Positions 27,010-41,821 of a stretch of DNA of 64,000 bases are shown here, one piece after another. A program made the translations under genes and the position numbers. The stretch is from NCBI GenBank assembly GCA_964016885.1, contig OZ024742.1, positions 115,010,001 through 115,074,000 of the forward strand. Reading direction: 5' to 3'. Under the pieces are notes generated by a model that was not told the origin of the DNA, made no database searches, and saw only the letters and a list, made by a program, of their open reading frames with translations. Numbering within the stretch: position 1 is the first letter of the stretch; every line of letters begins with the position of its first letter. Source of the DNA: Eledone cirrhosa. Taxonomy: Eukaryota.

Positions 27010-29281
27010 GTTCAGGACTATATTACCCTTTCCATAAGATTAATGAAAACCTAAACTATGTAAGCTTCCATTCTAACCATCCTAGAAATGTCAAAAATGC
27101 TATTGTCAATAGTGTCCAGCAAAGAATATCACGTATTTCAGCCAATAAAAAATATTTTTGATAATAACGCAGAATATTACAATGATGCTCTACATAGAGT
27201 TGGTTACATGAATAAAATTAAATACATAGATAACGATAGCATGCAAAAGCATCCTAAAATATACTATACTGATAATAATAATAAGCAAATTAACATAAAT
27301 AGTAAAGCATACAAAAGGACTAGAACTAGAAATATTATTTGGTTCTCTCCCCCAATCTCATTAGGAATTAAAACACCTGTAGCAAACCTATTTTTCAAAG
27401 CATTAGATAAGTGTTTTCCAAAATCCCATAGATACCACTCTATTTTTAATCGACTTACTATCAAACTATCTTACTCTACTACTGTGAACATAGCACAAAA
27501 TATTAATAGAATTAATAATAGAAACTTAAATTTAACCCCAACCCAAATAAACCAAAATAACAATAATAATATTACTAATAACAATACTAATAATTATTGT
27601 ATCGTTGCTATAGACAACTCTAGAAAACGTAACTGAGAAACGAATTAAGTTGCCTTTTTACAAAATAATTGTCTAGATAAAAACTAGTATACAAATGCAC
27701 AGTAAAAACTAGGCGTAAATTATATAACTATATAGGGGCCACTTCTACAAAATTTAAGGAACGGTGGTATAATCACAAACATACATTTAATACATCAGAC
27801 AAAAAGTACTCAACAGCACTTTCACATCTAATTTGGTACTTAAAAGACAATAACATTAACTATTCAATCTCTTCGGGAATGATTTCGAAAACGCCCACAT
27901 GCCGGACTTTGTCTTTATGTATTGAAGAAATATTCCACATAATTTCCAATCAAAAGGCTATAAACTAAAAGAAAGAATTATTTATTTCTTATAGCCATCG
28001 TCAATCTCAGACTTTTGGTAGTATTTATAATCTATATAAAATATTATCTATAGCCTCTATATCTCACCTGTTTACATTTTATATGTCTTCGCCGTACTTT
28101 GTAGATGTTTTTGTGACGTCTTTAAATAATATTTTTAATGTATTTTTTGTGATAGTTTTAATGATGTTTTTGAAGATACTTTGGATGTCTGTAGAATTTC
28201 TTCCTAATAGACTCTATAAGCATTGTATATCCTTACATACAAATACTTAATACCACTAACATTTTCATAGATATAAATAATGCTATCAAAATACATATAT
28301 AAATGTTTGCCTTAGAAAATATGGCATATATGATACTATAAAATCATATATAAAATAATTTTTCCATATAACATAATTAGAATTGTTTTAAAGTAAATTC
28401 TAGAATAAAAGGGTAAATATAACTTAACTAAGAAATTGTAGAGTTTTCTTTTCCTTTAAAATGTAACACGCTTTACATAAATATTAAAATGTAATAACAT
28501 TTCGTAAATTCATTCCTATCTTGATTAAACTATTGAATGTACAAAATAATTTTCTATAATGAAATATGACTACTTCCTGTTTTCCTAAAACATATATTGA
28601 AAATGGAAACAAACATTTATCGGAACTCTTCACATATAAAACATATTTAAATTATCTATCTATTATTAAAAACAACATATGTACTCACCAAAATTATTTA
28701 AATAAAATATACTTACAACTCTAACCTTCATAAAATATACATATAATTATTATCTCTATAATATTAAAACATACCATTAGAATTGACACAATCGTATATA
28801 TGAATACAATATATCTCTTACATTTTAAATTGATATTCTCCCACTTCAACACATTTATAAATCTCACATTATATTATAGATACTCCCAAAATATATAATT
28901 AAAGCATTAAATAATAAAATGTAATTATTTCGCTTTCTCTACACACTCACAAATATGTTCAATATAATTTATATACATATATTAATATAAATAGTATATT
29001 TCTAACTCTAATATATTTTTTGTTATATTCTTTCCTTACATTTCTTCCACCCTCTATTTCCTCTTCTCTTAAAAAATAATCCTAATAATAATTTAATTTA
29101 CCTAGTGCGTACCAAAAATGTTGGTACCCTTCAAATATATATAATACTATAAATATGGCCTTATAAATCTAGTTTCCATTTATTAATACTTTTGATATTA
29201 TACTCCAGAAGAACTGTAGAGTGCGTCTAACATGTTAAAAACTAATTTTGTTGAATAAACAACAAATTAAATAACTCATTG

Positions 29282-29283
<2 letters not shown>
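27010..29283 (+). mobile_element. 5'-truncated decayed PLE (RT thumb, linker and EN ~27010-28020; long AT-rich 3' UTR)
   Basis: GLYYPFHKINENLNYVSFHSNHP, RNIIWFSPP, YIGATSTKFKERWYNH at ~27730-27775. Tail hairpin at 29201-29224. Confidence 0.88.
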
Positions 29284-29333
<50 letters not shown>

Positions 29334-29878
29334 AAAAAATGGGGAGAAGAATACTGCAGGTTGCACATGGATAACATGTATTAAAATAAGTCCCTCATCA
29401 GTGATTTGCCGACGATCATAGATATTTCATTGCATTAAAAATCATATACCTCACGTCGGTGCAATAATAACTAAATTAAGTTATTAGGACAATTAAAACG
29501 CGTAAAGCGAGTGAGACAAGATAACAACAAAGAGGAGAGCTAACCGTAGAAGGAAGGGAACAAGCTTCATAGTTATTCTGTTAGCATAAGCTAGGTGAAT
29601 ATATGAGCGCTTAGAAAAAAGACCTTTCGGGAACGAATCCAAATGTGAGAAAGAGAGAAAATGTTTTCGTCACGAACGGGGTGAAGTGAGAAGAGGAGAA
29701 ACAGTGAGTGAGTGAGTGGAAGTGTGAGGAAGAGTTAACTGACATGACAGAGGGGGCGAAAGAAAGTAGGAGAAACAGAGAGAACGAGGGAGCAGTAAGA
29801 GAGAGAGAGAGAAAAAAACAGAATCGCAGTTTAGGTAAATATATGTGAAAAAATGGGGAATATATATATATATTTATA

Positions 29879-31109
<1,231 letters not shown>

Positions 31110-31195
31110 ATACTTGGGGAGGGTCATATTTGCGTAATACTGCCAGAATTAATAACAGAACACACTCACTGTATATATATATATATATATATCTA

Positions 31196-34100
31196 GGGCG
31201 GGTAAAATTCCCGAGATACATGGACGAGTTCTCTCCAGGGTCTCTGTCCCTCATTATCGCTGCCATGTCCTGCGTCTCCAACAGACCAGTGTCTGTCCTC
31301 AGGGCATCAACATACGTTAACCTTGGTCTTCTTCTTCCAGTGTGTCCATGAAGGGGCTCCCACAGGGGCACTGTGTGCAATGTCAACTCTGGATGTCGGT
31401 AAGCATGTCCAGCTAACCTCAGTCTCCTCTGTGTCACTTTTGAGTTGACTTTTGGGAGGCTCCCATACAGTTCTGAGTTTTTCATCCTCAGTGTATACTG
31501 ATTAATGTTCAGAGCCATCCACCATCTGAATAAGTTTCCTGGTAAGTGTCTTGGTCACTGGGGAGATCAGGCGGCTGTTTGAGGAACTGGATATTGAGAC
31601 ACAACCCTTCACGAGAGAGGAGCTTCAGAGAGCCAAGAAGAGGATCAAGGAAGGCAAGGCTCATGGAGAAGAGGGAGTGGCATCAGAGGTGAGGAAGAGG
31701 GGTGATTTTGATGATATCATCCTGGGGTTCTGTAACGGGGCACTGGAGAAAGGAGTTGCCCCGAATCAGTGGAGGATCAGTAACATATTCCCAGTGCCAA
31801 AAAAGGGAGATCTCTCTAACACCAACAACTAGAGGGGGATCTCACTGACGTCACTTGTGGCAAAGACACTCAACCGGATGAATCTTAAAAGGATCCAGGC
31901 TGAGATGGAGAAGAAGCTCAGGGACAATAAGAACGGCTTCAGAGAGGGAAGATCAACTACCAGTCACATCCTGATGCTGATGAGGATATTAGAGGGAGCT
32001 AGAGCAAAGTGCCTTGCTGCGGTCATCGTTTTCATTGACTTTAAGAAGGCCTTTGTTTCTGTGGATCATCACTGCCTGATGAAGATCTTACAGGCTTATG
32101 GATCCCCAAGAAGATAGTGGACCTGATATCACTGCTCTACACCAACACCAAAGCCCAAGTCATTACACCTGATGGAATTTTGGTAGAGATATAAGTACCA
32201 AATTAGCAGAGAAGTATTTAGAGAGTTGTAATGTCACCATGAGGAACCAGTTTTGGTAGAAAGATATGATAGGAATATCGACAACGACTTTAGCTTGGTT
32301 TTACATTATTTATTAACAGAGGTTGAGCTAGCATGCCAAGAGAAATAAAACAAATCAATTAAGATTACAAGAGAAAATACGGTCGACTGGCTGAGGCGAT
32401 AAGCCAATTCCGTAGTAAAATTGTTGTGTCTTTACATATTGTTTGTGCTGGCGGAGCAAAAGAACAAGTGGTGTTTACCTCAGCACGGTCTAGCTGGAAG
32501 TCATAGCGTCCTCAAATCTTTGCGGGCTATTTCTCCCTCAGAACGCGTAGGGATACATCCTCTTCTACTGTCGCTGATTGGCTGAGCTGAGCCAAATCAC
32601 GCACAGAGAATGTATGTGATCCCGCGGAATGTAGGTAACTACATCACCTCCGAGCAGATTTTTGCCGAAAATCGTTAATGATGAAGCCCAGGACCCACAG
32701 ATTATTGAATCAGCAAGAACAAATTCTGAAAGAGCACATCAGTAAAAAAATAATTGAGCAGAAAGATGCATGGAAGAAAAAAAAATGAGGCGCGACGGGC
32801 CGTGTTGAGCCGCTGTCAAATGACTGGCTGTTTTATAGTTTATACGTGACCACCAAAGGTCTACCAGAAAACAGATAAAGTCTGACATGGGGGAAGTTGC
32901 TGTTCTTGCATTAAATGTTAATGGTAAGTGTTGTACCAGTAGCTGTGGACGAAGCTATTATGGTAGTTTACCAGTGCTGGCAAGAAGATGATGGGTAGGC
33001 GATAAAATGTTGGCCTCCCAGATGTATTGCCGAATGTGCTAGGGAGCCAGGGAAAAAATGGCTGGTTGCTTTGATAAGAAAAAAAAAAGCAAGTTGAATC
33101 TGTAGGTGGGTTTCAGTTCCATAATTCGGGCGAATCCACAGAAGTGGTGAAAATGCTGACAAGTCCAGTTCTATGTGTTGTTTTCCCTGTGAGTTAGGTA
33201 AGATAACGAGATAGAGGTTGTTATGGACGATGAATGTGCAACGAGATGCGAAACTGTTTGAGTTCAACTGCAATTAGCATTTTCGTGTTGCGGTGCAGGT
33301 GAACTAAGCTGCAAGTGTCGTTAGCATGTTTTGGTACCTCCAGAAGGTGAAAAGGGATCTCGCACAATATTACAAACTTGAAGATCACATGCTATAGATA
33401 ACAACATGTTGGTGTGTGTATATATGCAGGCATGTAATACAGCAAAGAAAATGTGTGCGTACGGTCACATACACAATGATAGAGAGAAATGAATTTTCAT
33501 ATAATACAGTTATAAACAAAATAAATTTCCAAAATAAATGCCTGAAAAAAAAAGGAAGAAAGAAAGAATTGTTTCTTTTCTTTTAACAAAAAGTTCGCTT
33601 CTTTTTTCTTTGGGAACGCTCTTACTAGGGAGCAAGTAGAGTTGTTGTTGTTAAAGCAAAGTCACAATGAATCTTCTGTAGAGTAGAAGTCGAGCGTTGA
33701 AGAACCTAGCGTCACCATTATGGCAGCCACGTCTGACGCCATAATGTTGAGAAAACTAATGTCTTAATTTCTCGAGTCCTTGTGGTAACGAGACAGAAGG
33801 TATGGTGGTTGCGTCGGTAGAGTTACAAGCCGTACACTGGCGTTGGTTAATAGTTAGCCATGTTTGCTGCTGATGGCTGGTACTTGGTGGTAGCCGTTTT
33901 GGACTTTCCTCGTGGCGTAAAGTTTTTGAAATACTGCTAATTTTTTTATAAAAATATTCTAAAGAAAATTTGAATAATAAAAAAAATTATTTTCCATGAA
34001 CATTATTCGGCAAGAGATCCCAAGATGGCCGATCTAAAAATATGTCCGTGATGAAGAACCCGTCATGTGGCACGATGCAGCCAATCAGGTTGCTGGGATT

Positions 34101-35060
34101 GCAGAAGACAAGCTGTACGTGGGAAAACAAAATCTTTGAGTCTCCATTTTGTAACTTTAACAGAAGTTTGAAAGCAAAATTCTATATCCAGAGAAATCCT
34201 TTTTTTTTTGTGTTGTATTTTTGTGTTCGTCTGTATGCGTGAGTTACTAGTGTTACGATGAAAGTTACGACAGAAATATTGTTCACGCCGCGTGCTTCAT
34301 AAATGGAATATTATGAATTTTATGGACTTACGCCAAGTAAGTCTAGCTACCAGATTCGAACATTCAAAATGTTAAGCCACTCCACATAGCCATTAAAACA
34401 AATGGCGAATTCAAATAGGCTGCGTTTTCATACTTAATTGTCGCGGGTCACCAATTTGGTGGAGATATAAGTACCAAATTAGCAGAGAAGTATTTAGAGA
34501 GTTGTAATGTCGCCACGAGGAACCAAGTTTGGTAGAAATATATGATAGGAATATCGACAACGACTTTAGCTTGGTTTTACATTATTTAGTAATAGAGGTT
34601 GAGCTGGCATGCCAAGAGAAATAACACAAATCAATTAGGATTACAAGAGAAAATACGGTCGACTGGCTGAGGCGTTTAGCCAACTCCGTAGTAAAATTGT
34701 TGTGTCGTTACATGTTAATTTGTGCTGGCGGAGCAAAAGAACAAGTGGTGTTTACCTTAGCACGGTCTAGCTGGAAGTCATAGCGTCCTCAAATATTTGC
34801 GGGCTATTTCTCCCTCAGAACGCGTAGGGATACATCCTCTTCTACTGGCGCTGATTGGCTGAGCTGAGCCAAATCACGCACAGAGAATGTATGTGAGCCC
34901 GCGGAATGTAGGTCACTACAGGATGATAGAGTTATTTGAGATACTGGCTGGAGTGCTCCAGGGAGATACATTGGGTCCCTATCTTTTTATCATTGTGGTC
35001 GGCTATTGTATGCGCCTTGCATTGGAGAAACCCAGGACTCTGGCTTTACTGTAGTACCGG
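31196..35060. mobile_element. RTE-like LINE remnant: inverted 3' part (31196-31520, minus) and RT part (31521-32175 and 34921-35060, plus) split by an LTR element
   Basis: PVPKKGDLS..N*RGISL, GFREGRST, FIDFKKAF, VITPDG|MIELFEILAGVLQGDTLGPYLF, RRLRLAGH..GRRRPRLTY. Confidence 0.85.
32176..34920 (-). mobile_element. Non-autonomous LTR retrotransposon (LTRs ~32176-32643 and ~34453-34920)
   Basis: ~467 bp direct repeats. On the minus strand the LTR starts TGTAG, with PBS-like tggtgacccgcgac after the right LTR and purine-rich ggaggtga before the left LTR. No recognisable gag/pol. Confidence 0.8.
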
Positions 35061-35074
35061 TTCAGAGCAGGATG

Positions 35075-35107
<33 letters not shown>

Positions 35108-35273
35108 GACAAATGGATTGTGGTAAGAAACCAGATGGACCATAACGCACCAGAGTACTCAATACTTAGGGTAGTAGAGTGGGTAATAGGAAAAAGTATG
35201 ACCCCGACGGCAGAGCTTAAGAAATAGCCGTCGAAACGGGTTGAGCTCTGTCGTCGGGGGTCATAATTTTTCA
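35108..35273. mobile_element. Mini inverted pLTR with the 3' half of an HHR (same family as 58900-59057)
   Basis: gccgtc GAAA cgg..ctg TC gtcggggg with an inverted copy tatgaccccgacggcagagct. Confidence 0.65.
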
Positions 35274-35296
35274 TATATGTATATATATATATATAT

Positions 35297-35596
35297 AAAG
35301 AAAAAAATATGAAATCGAAAATGCAAGTGGATTCTTATTTTAAAAAAAAATATATATTTATTTGGTTCCTTTACCGATTTCGCAGTTTTTCTGATGTGAG
35401 AAAAACCACAGACCCTCCATCTGAACTCTACCATGAAAAACAGAAACACTGCGAAACCGGTAAAGGAACCAAATAAATATAAATATGAAAAAAAAAATAA
35501 GAATCCAGTTGGATTTTCGATTTCATCTGTTTTTCTTTATACTTCCACTCGTGTAGGATACCTCGGTTATTTTTCATTTTGTAAAAAAAACCTCAC

Positions 35597-35603
<7 letters not shown>
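35297..35603. mobile_element. Mini inverted pLTR with the 3' half of an HHR (GAAA CCGG TA)
   Basis: Arms 35297-35393 and 35441-35540. Palindrome ACCGGT at 35456-35461. Confidence 0.65.
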
Positions 35604-35656
<53 letters not shown>

Positions 35657-35662
<6 letters not shown>

Positions 35663-36569
35663 ATATACTGGTAATGTATCTTACATTGCCCATTGAGTGC
35701 GCTGAGATGCAACCGGTACTGGCATTGATAGATATGGTGGGTCCGTCAATCCTTATTATTATTATCTCCCAACGAGCAGAATTTTGAGAGTAAGTTAAAC
35801 TATTTTTCAACGTTTATTGTGTTATTGTTTAAAAATGCACTCTTTTTCCTGCTACTAATTTTGTCTCTCACTCTTTTTAGTTTTGAATTAGACACATTTC
35901 AGCACGCTACTATATTGTTATATAATGGATGATCGCATTTAGAGTCCGTTAAAGGTTCTTGGCACTACCATTGTTACCATCACTTTCCTCTAGCCATGGG
36001 TCTTGGAGACATGAACCGAATGCTACCATTCTATTTTATTTCAATGTGAACTGCTATTTCTAATAGCCATCTTCCCCCACCCCTTGATAATTTGTGTTTG
36101 AGACACGTTGGCTGAGTGCTTCTCACAGGAACTAAAAGATTGATTCTTTTTAGCTTCACGCCACACGTAAAATTTGTAAATCAGTGGCTAGATGAGAGAT
36201 ATCGATTGCCAGTTGCTAATCACTTTACTGTGTCGATTGACGACACAAACAGTCATGACCGGCATGGGCCGGTGTTTGGATTCTGTCGATCGATTGGTTA
36301 TTGATTAGGCGATACCCGCTGATGAAGCCGCATAAGCCGATTGTGCATTGTTGCATAATATATGCAGACAGATGGTGCAGTGCACCTTACTGCTGCATAA
36401 GTGCGACAGAAACTCAAGTCCGGGAACATTATAGGCACCCGTTTTACGTGTGTTGTGTTGAGGCAAATAACTATGTGTATACTCTGGTAATGTATCTTAC
36501 ATTGCCCATTCAGTGCGCTGAGATACAACCGGTAATGGCATTGATCAATATGCTGGGTCCGTCAATCCT

Positions 36570-36575
<6 letters not shown>
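35657..36575 (+). mobile_element. ORF-less element with ~100 bp terminal direct repeats and an HHR
   Basis: ctggtaatgtatcttacattgcccatt..gtcaatccttattat at ~35668-35762 and ~36484-36575. Confidence 0.75.
36315..36424 (+). ncRNA. Type I HHR, canonical core, branched ~83 nt stem II
   Basis: cccg CTGATGA agccgcat...gtgcgaca GAAA ctcaag TC cggg. Confidence 0.78.
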
Positions 36576-36611
<36 letters not shown>

Positions 36612-36613
<2 letters not shown>

Positions 36614-39600
36614 GATATTATATAAATGGAAACTATATTTATAAAACCATATTTATTTCATTATACATATTTCAGGGATACCATATTAAATTATGGTATG
36701 CCTTCATCAGACAAAATACAATATATAACAGTTTTACAAATAGCTTTGACGTACCCTTTTAAAATACAACCATTACTTTTGGAGTCTGTCTGGATAGTGA
36801 ATTGTTTATATTTTTTTAATAAGTCATAGTGTTAAGCACAATTAGAAAAAGACGGAGATAAAGAAAAAGAAAAAAGACGGAGAGAGAGAGAAAAGAACAA
36901 AGACGGGGAGATAGAAAGAAAGAAAACCTGGGGAAATATCGGAGAGAGAGAGAAATGTAGGGAGAAAAGAAAGAGATAAATAAAGATAGGAGGAAATAAA
37001 AAATAAAAAATAAAAAATAAAGGAAAGGAAGAAATAAGAAAAACAAAGGAAAGCAACAGAGAGATATCAAGTCATCATAGAGAGAGAACAACTCAAGAGA
37101 GAGAAATACTATATATAGAGATGGGGGACAATGAACACTTTACGTCATGTCATATTAAGTTGAGTTAACAATTTATATGAAATGAATAATAAAAATATAA
37201 TTATCAATATTCATGAATGGGACATAGATATATAATATGAGAAATTAAACATTGTTCAATAATGACTATATGTTTAGTTTAGAAACTTGAGATCAATATA
37301 TCAAAATCTGAGTTCAAAATGTACCCTTGTTATCGAGATCAGTATTTTATGCAAAGACATACAAATATATATGTATATATATATACATATAGATACGCAC
37401 GTCCTGAACATAGAAACTATGTCTAACTCAAGCCAACAATATAGCCATACAAAACGTAAATGATTTCTCCTAATCACTGCTATACATTCTTTGTGTTATA
37501 AAAATTTCACAGTATATATACACAAATATATACGATTAACATTCATGTCCTCATATATACGATTACCATCCATGTGTTTAATTTTATGCATATCTGCAAC
37601 ATACCTCCCAACCACATATATATATACACATACATATATACACATACATATGTATAAATAAATATTTGCGTGCGTCGTCACGCATCACTCATGTATATAT
37701 ACAGACATACATAGGCACAAAAAAACCTATAACACTTTTTATGCATGTTAATATACACATATGCATTTGCATAGAGATAATCGAATATCAATATATTACT
37801 GAAGGATTATTACTTGTAAACATAACAATAACAAAATAAATTTAAAATACCAACGGAGTATATTTTGGAAATGCAGCTATATCAGTATAGACAAAAGAAA
37901 TCTAGAAATATCAAAGCATTAAATATCTTTAAAACACTATAGAGTATCTTAAGTTAAACTAATATGTTTTATATATTTAGTATAGAAATTTATCCTACGT
38001 ATATCTCAATCAAGATATTGAAAGGGTAGACATATGAAAGTTATGAGAAGCTATCATAATCAAAACAAATAAATAAAAATAATTTAAAAGATTTAAAAAT
38101 AACCAATGATTCTACAGATAACCTTATATTTAGTATATAAATTTACCTTACGTATATTTTATTTAATACATTGGAAGTATAGACATTTTAGAGTAGTTTA
38201 TTATATCCTTGTTTATATTTAGGAAGAAAGTTTAAAAAGAAAAAGGTGAAGGAATCTAATGATTTATCGACAGGTTCCACATATTAACTAAAATTACTTA
38301 ATTAGTTATACTACGTTTTAAATTTATATTTATATTTAAACGTTGAGTTCAATCTATGTCCGCAGCAACTGAATAAATTGTTCCTTAGATTAAGGGAATT
38401 TTTGGACTTTAATATAAAGAATATTTCTTAAATACAAAGATCACAATTCTCTGAAGAGGAATTAAAAGGAGTAGATTATGAAATAATATTCCAATTCATC
38501 GAATATTTAATATTATCTCGTTTTAGGTCCCATAGTAGGCTAGATAGCGAAGTTGAAGATTTTTTGTTTGGATCTGTGAAAGAATTCTTATGATTATTGA
38601 AGCGAAATTTAAATTCTGTAGAGCTGGAACCAACATAGTTAAATGAATTTAAATTAGTTTTAACATTACAATTGTACACTACATTTTTAGCTAAGAAATT
38701 GTTATTTAACGGACAGTTAGATTTATTTCTACAGTTACAGTTATTTAATTGAATATTGTTTGGGTTATTATTGGTATTTTGTTTAGGTTTTAAATTCCTA
38801 TTATTAATTCTATTAATATTTTGTGCTATATTTTTGGTGGACGAGTAAGTTAATTTTATAGTGTGTCTATTAAAAATTGAGTAATATTTATCTGTTCTAG
38901 GGAACCGTGTGTCAAGAGCTTTAAAGAATAGTTTAGAAATAGGGGTTTTAATATTTAGTGAGAAAGGGGGAGAAAACCATAATATATTTCTAGTTCTATG
39001 TCTTTTTCGGCTTTTGGAATTATAGTAATGTTTTCTATTATAGTTGTTAAAGTTGTTACCGTAATTGAAATTGTTATTATTTTGGTTAGTTTGCTTATTA
39101 TTATTATTATCGATGTATTTAATTTTATTTCTATATCCAGCTCTAACTAACGCTTCTTTGTAATACTGCGCTTTTTCATCAAATATATTTTTAATAGATG
39201 AAATTATTGAAATTCGTTCTTGCACAGAGTTCACTATAGTATTTTTAACAGTTCTGGGGTGATTAGAGTTAAAGTTGACATAATTCAAGTTCTCATTTAG
39301 TTTGTGAAATGGATAGTGAAGACATGTGTTGAGATTTAGTGTTACATCAAGAAAATTGACTATTCTATGGTTATTCTCTCTTTCTACTTTTAGATTAAGT
39401 TAATTAAAAAATTGTATAATTTGTTTTCTTTTTCTATTTAGTTCACAGCTATTATTTTCTATAAGTAAAAGCATGTCACCACGATATAATCCTCCGGTTA
39501 CACCTGGTATTTTTCTATGTAGCGAATTAATTATAAATAGGCCCACAAGGCCCGTTACCTGAGCTGAGTCTGGTATATATTGTATTTTGTCTGTTATATA

Positions 39601-39810
39601 TTGTCTGTTATATATTGTATTTTGTCTGATGAAGGCATACCATAATTTAATATAGTATCCCTGAAATATGTATAATGAAATAAATATGGTTTTATAAATA
39701 TAGCTTCCATTTATTAATATCGTATATCTACTCAAAAAACTTGTCGAGTGCTTTATATCAGTTATAACAATATTTACTTGTTGTATCCCAACAACTTTAA
39801 ATAGAACTTT

Positions 39811-39813
<3 letters not shown>
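36612..39813. mobile_element. 5'-truncated PLE (minus arm 36612-39572) with an inverted pLTR (39575-39813)
   Basis: PDSAQVTGLVGL..GGLYRGDML. ORF 38476-39288 has SNHP, CNCRNKSNCPL and VVYNC..YVGSSSTEFKFRFNNH. Confidence 0.9.
39618..39682 (+). ncRNA. Type I HHR, canonical core; inverted copy at 36654-36718(-)
   Basis: tattttgt CTGATGA aggcatacc..gtatccct GAAA tatgta TA atgaaata. Confidence 0.85.
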
Positions 39814-39857
<44 letters not shown>

Positions 39858-40998
39858 AAAATTAATTAAATAAAATTAAATTAAAGGAGTCATGCCCGAG
39901 ACATGGGCCATATCCACCGTAGAATAACCGCAAAGATTCAAATGAATAGATCCGAGCATTTTGTATCAACTAGAAATTGATTGACATATATATATATATA
40001 TATTTGAAATAAACACATGAAACAATGACAGGGGATAATTTGTAAAGTGTGTAATCACACATATCTAAGTAGGTAACTAATTAACATTTAAATAGACCTT
40101 CAACTATTACCTTTTAAAAAAAAGATGAATCCTTCTTGTATATATTTCATTAAAGACATATATTTCACCATTAATCCGTAAAGTCACAGTAGTCAAATCT
40201 TGGATCTGCAGCAAGCGGGGGGGGGGGGAGATTTAACTCTCTGTGTTTACACATTAAATGCAAATCTGCGAGTGACCCATCGCACATGTTGCAATTCTGA
40301 AACTACTAATATCATGCGAGCATCACCCCAGTGGCGCGAATAGGGTGATCGACAGCTATAAATAGCAGCCGAGTCCTTTCAACTGATTTAGCTCTACAAT
40401 TAAGGAGCCGTGTATATATTCAAAATTAATTTAATTAAATTATATTAAGGGAGTCATGTCCGAGACATGCGCTATATCCACCGTAGAATACGCTCAAAGA
40501 TTCCAATGAATAGATCCGAGCATTCTATATCAACTAGAAATTGATTGCATATATATATATTTAAAATAAACACATGAAACAATCACAGGGGATAATTTGA
40601 AAAGTGTGTAATCACACATAGCTAGGTAGGTAATTAATTAATGTTTAACTAGAGCTTCAAATATTACCTTTTTAAAAAATGATTAATCCTCATTGTATAT
40701 ATTTCATTAAAAAAATATATTTCACCATTAATCCGTAATATCACAATAGTCAAATCTTTGATCTTCAGCGGGGGGTGGGGGATCTAACCGTCTGTGTCTA
40801 CACATCAAATGCAAATCTACGAGTGATCCATCGCACGTGTTGCAATTCTAAAACTACTAAAAACATGCTAGCGTCACCCCAGTGGCGCGAATAAAGTGAT
40901 CGACAGCTATAAATAGAAGGCGTGTCCTTTCAAATGATTTAGTTCTACAATTAAGGAGCCGTGTATATATTCAAAATCAATTAAATTAAATTAAATTA
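39858..40998. repeat. Tandem ~555 bp non-coding units between (TA)n tracts
   Basis: Units start near 39858, 40421 and 40972 (caaaattaat...ggagccgtgtatatatt). Confidence 0.85.
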
Positions 40999-41064
<66 letters not shown>

Positions 41065-41068
<4 letters not shown>

Positions 41069-41821
41069 TATGTATACGTACATACATATATGTATACAGA
41101 CGTACAGTAGTATGTATATACATACATATATGCACACATATATATGCACGTATAGGTTTACCGAACATTTATTATAATGTTCGGTTTGTTTGTAAAGAAA
41201 CAGCCAGAATTAAGCCGTACATGATTCGGCAACCATCGTTGCCCTTTTGTTCAACACTGACAAAGGAACGATGAACTAGTTTCTAGCTTATTAGATGTCA
41301 TCAGCATCCTATACCTTCCTGTCAATCGATTGAACGTTTGAAAGTATATACTTTCCTTATGCATATTAACGGCTGAGCAGCCTAATTTTTATATCGAGTG
41401 AGTTACTCGGCCGGGCGTACCGAAAGCGATAAATGGAAAAAAACGAAAAAATGAAATGTCATTTCTCACTCTTAGTACGGCTGATACTTAAATATAAGTA
41501 TGTATACGTACATACATATACGTATACAGATATACAGTAGTATATATATACATACATATATGCACACACATATATATGTACGTATGGGTTTACGAACAAT
41601 TATTATAATGTTCGGTTTGTTTGTAAACTAACAGCCCGAACTGAGCCGTACAGTGTTCGGCAACCATCGCTGCCCTTTTGTTCAACACTGAGGATGCTCA
41701 GCCGTTAAAATGCATGAGGCAAAATATATACTTTCAAACGTTCAATCGATTGACAGGAAGGTATACGCTGCTGATGACAGCTAATAAGCTAGACACTAGT
41801 TCATCGTTCCTTTGTCAGTGT
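41065..41821. mobile_element. ORF-less ~430 bp unit in partial tandem plus an inverted HHR segment
   Basis: 41065-41260 is repeated at 41494-41690. 41255-41378 is inverted at 41695-41821. Confidence 0.78.
41270..41308 (-). ncRNA. Minimal type I HHR, palindromic stem III ACTAGT; inverted copy at 41767-41805(+)
   Basis: Minus strand: gatg CTGATGA catctaataagcta GAAA ctag TT catc. The plus copy has an intact stem II (agct aata agct) but GACA. Confidence 0.72.

Noticed and set aside
29095-29150. HHR in the pLTR of the 27-29 kb PLE
   Set aside because: Only stem II (gtacca/tggtac) remains and the core is lost.
40690-40775. CTGAAGA...GAAA on the minus strand
   Set aside because: Stem I does not pair and the core differs in the tandem copy.
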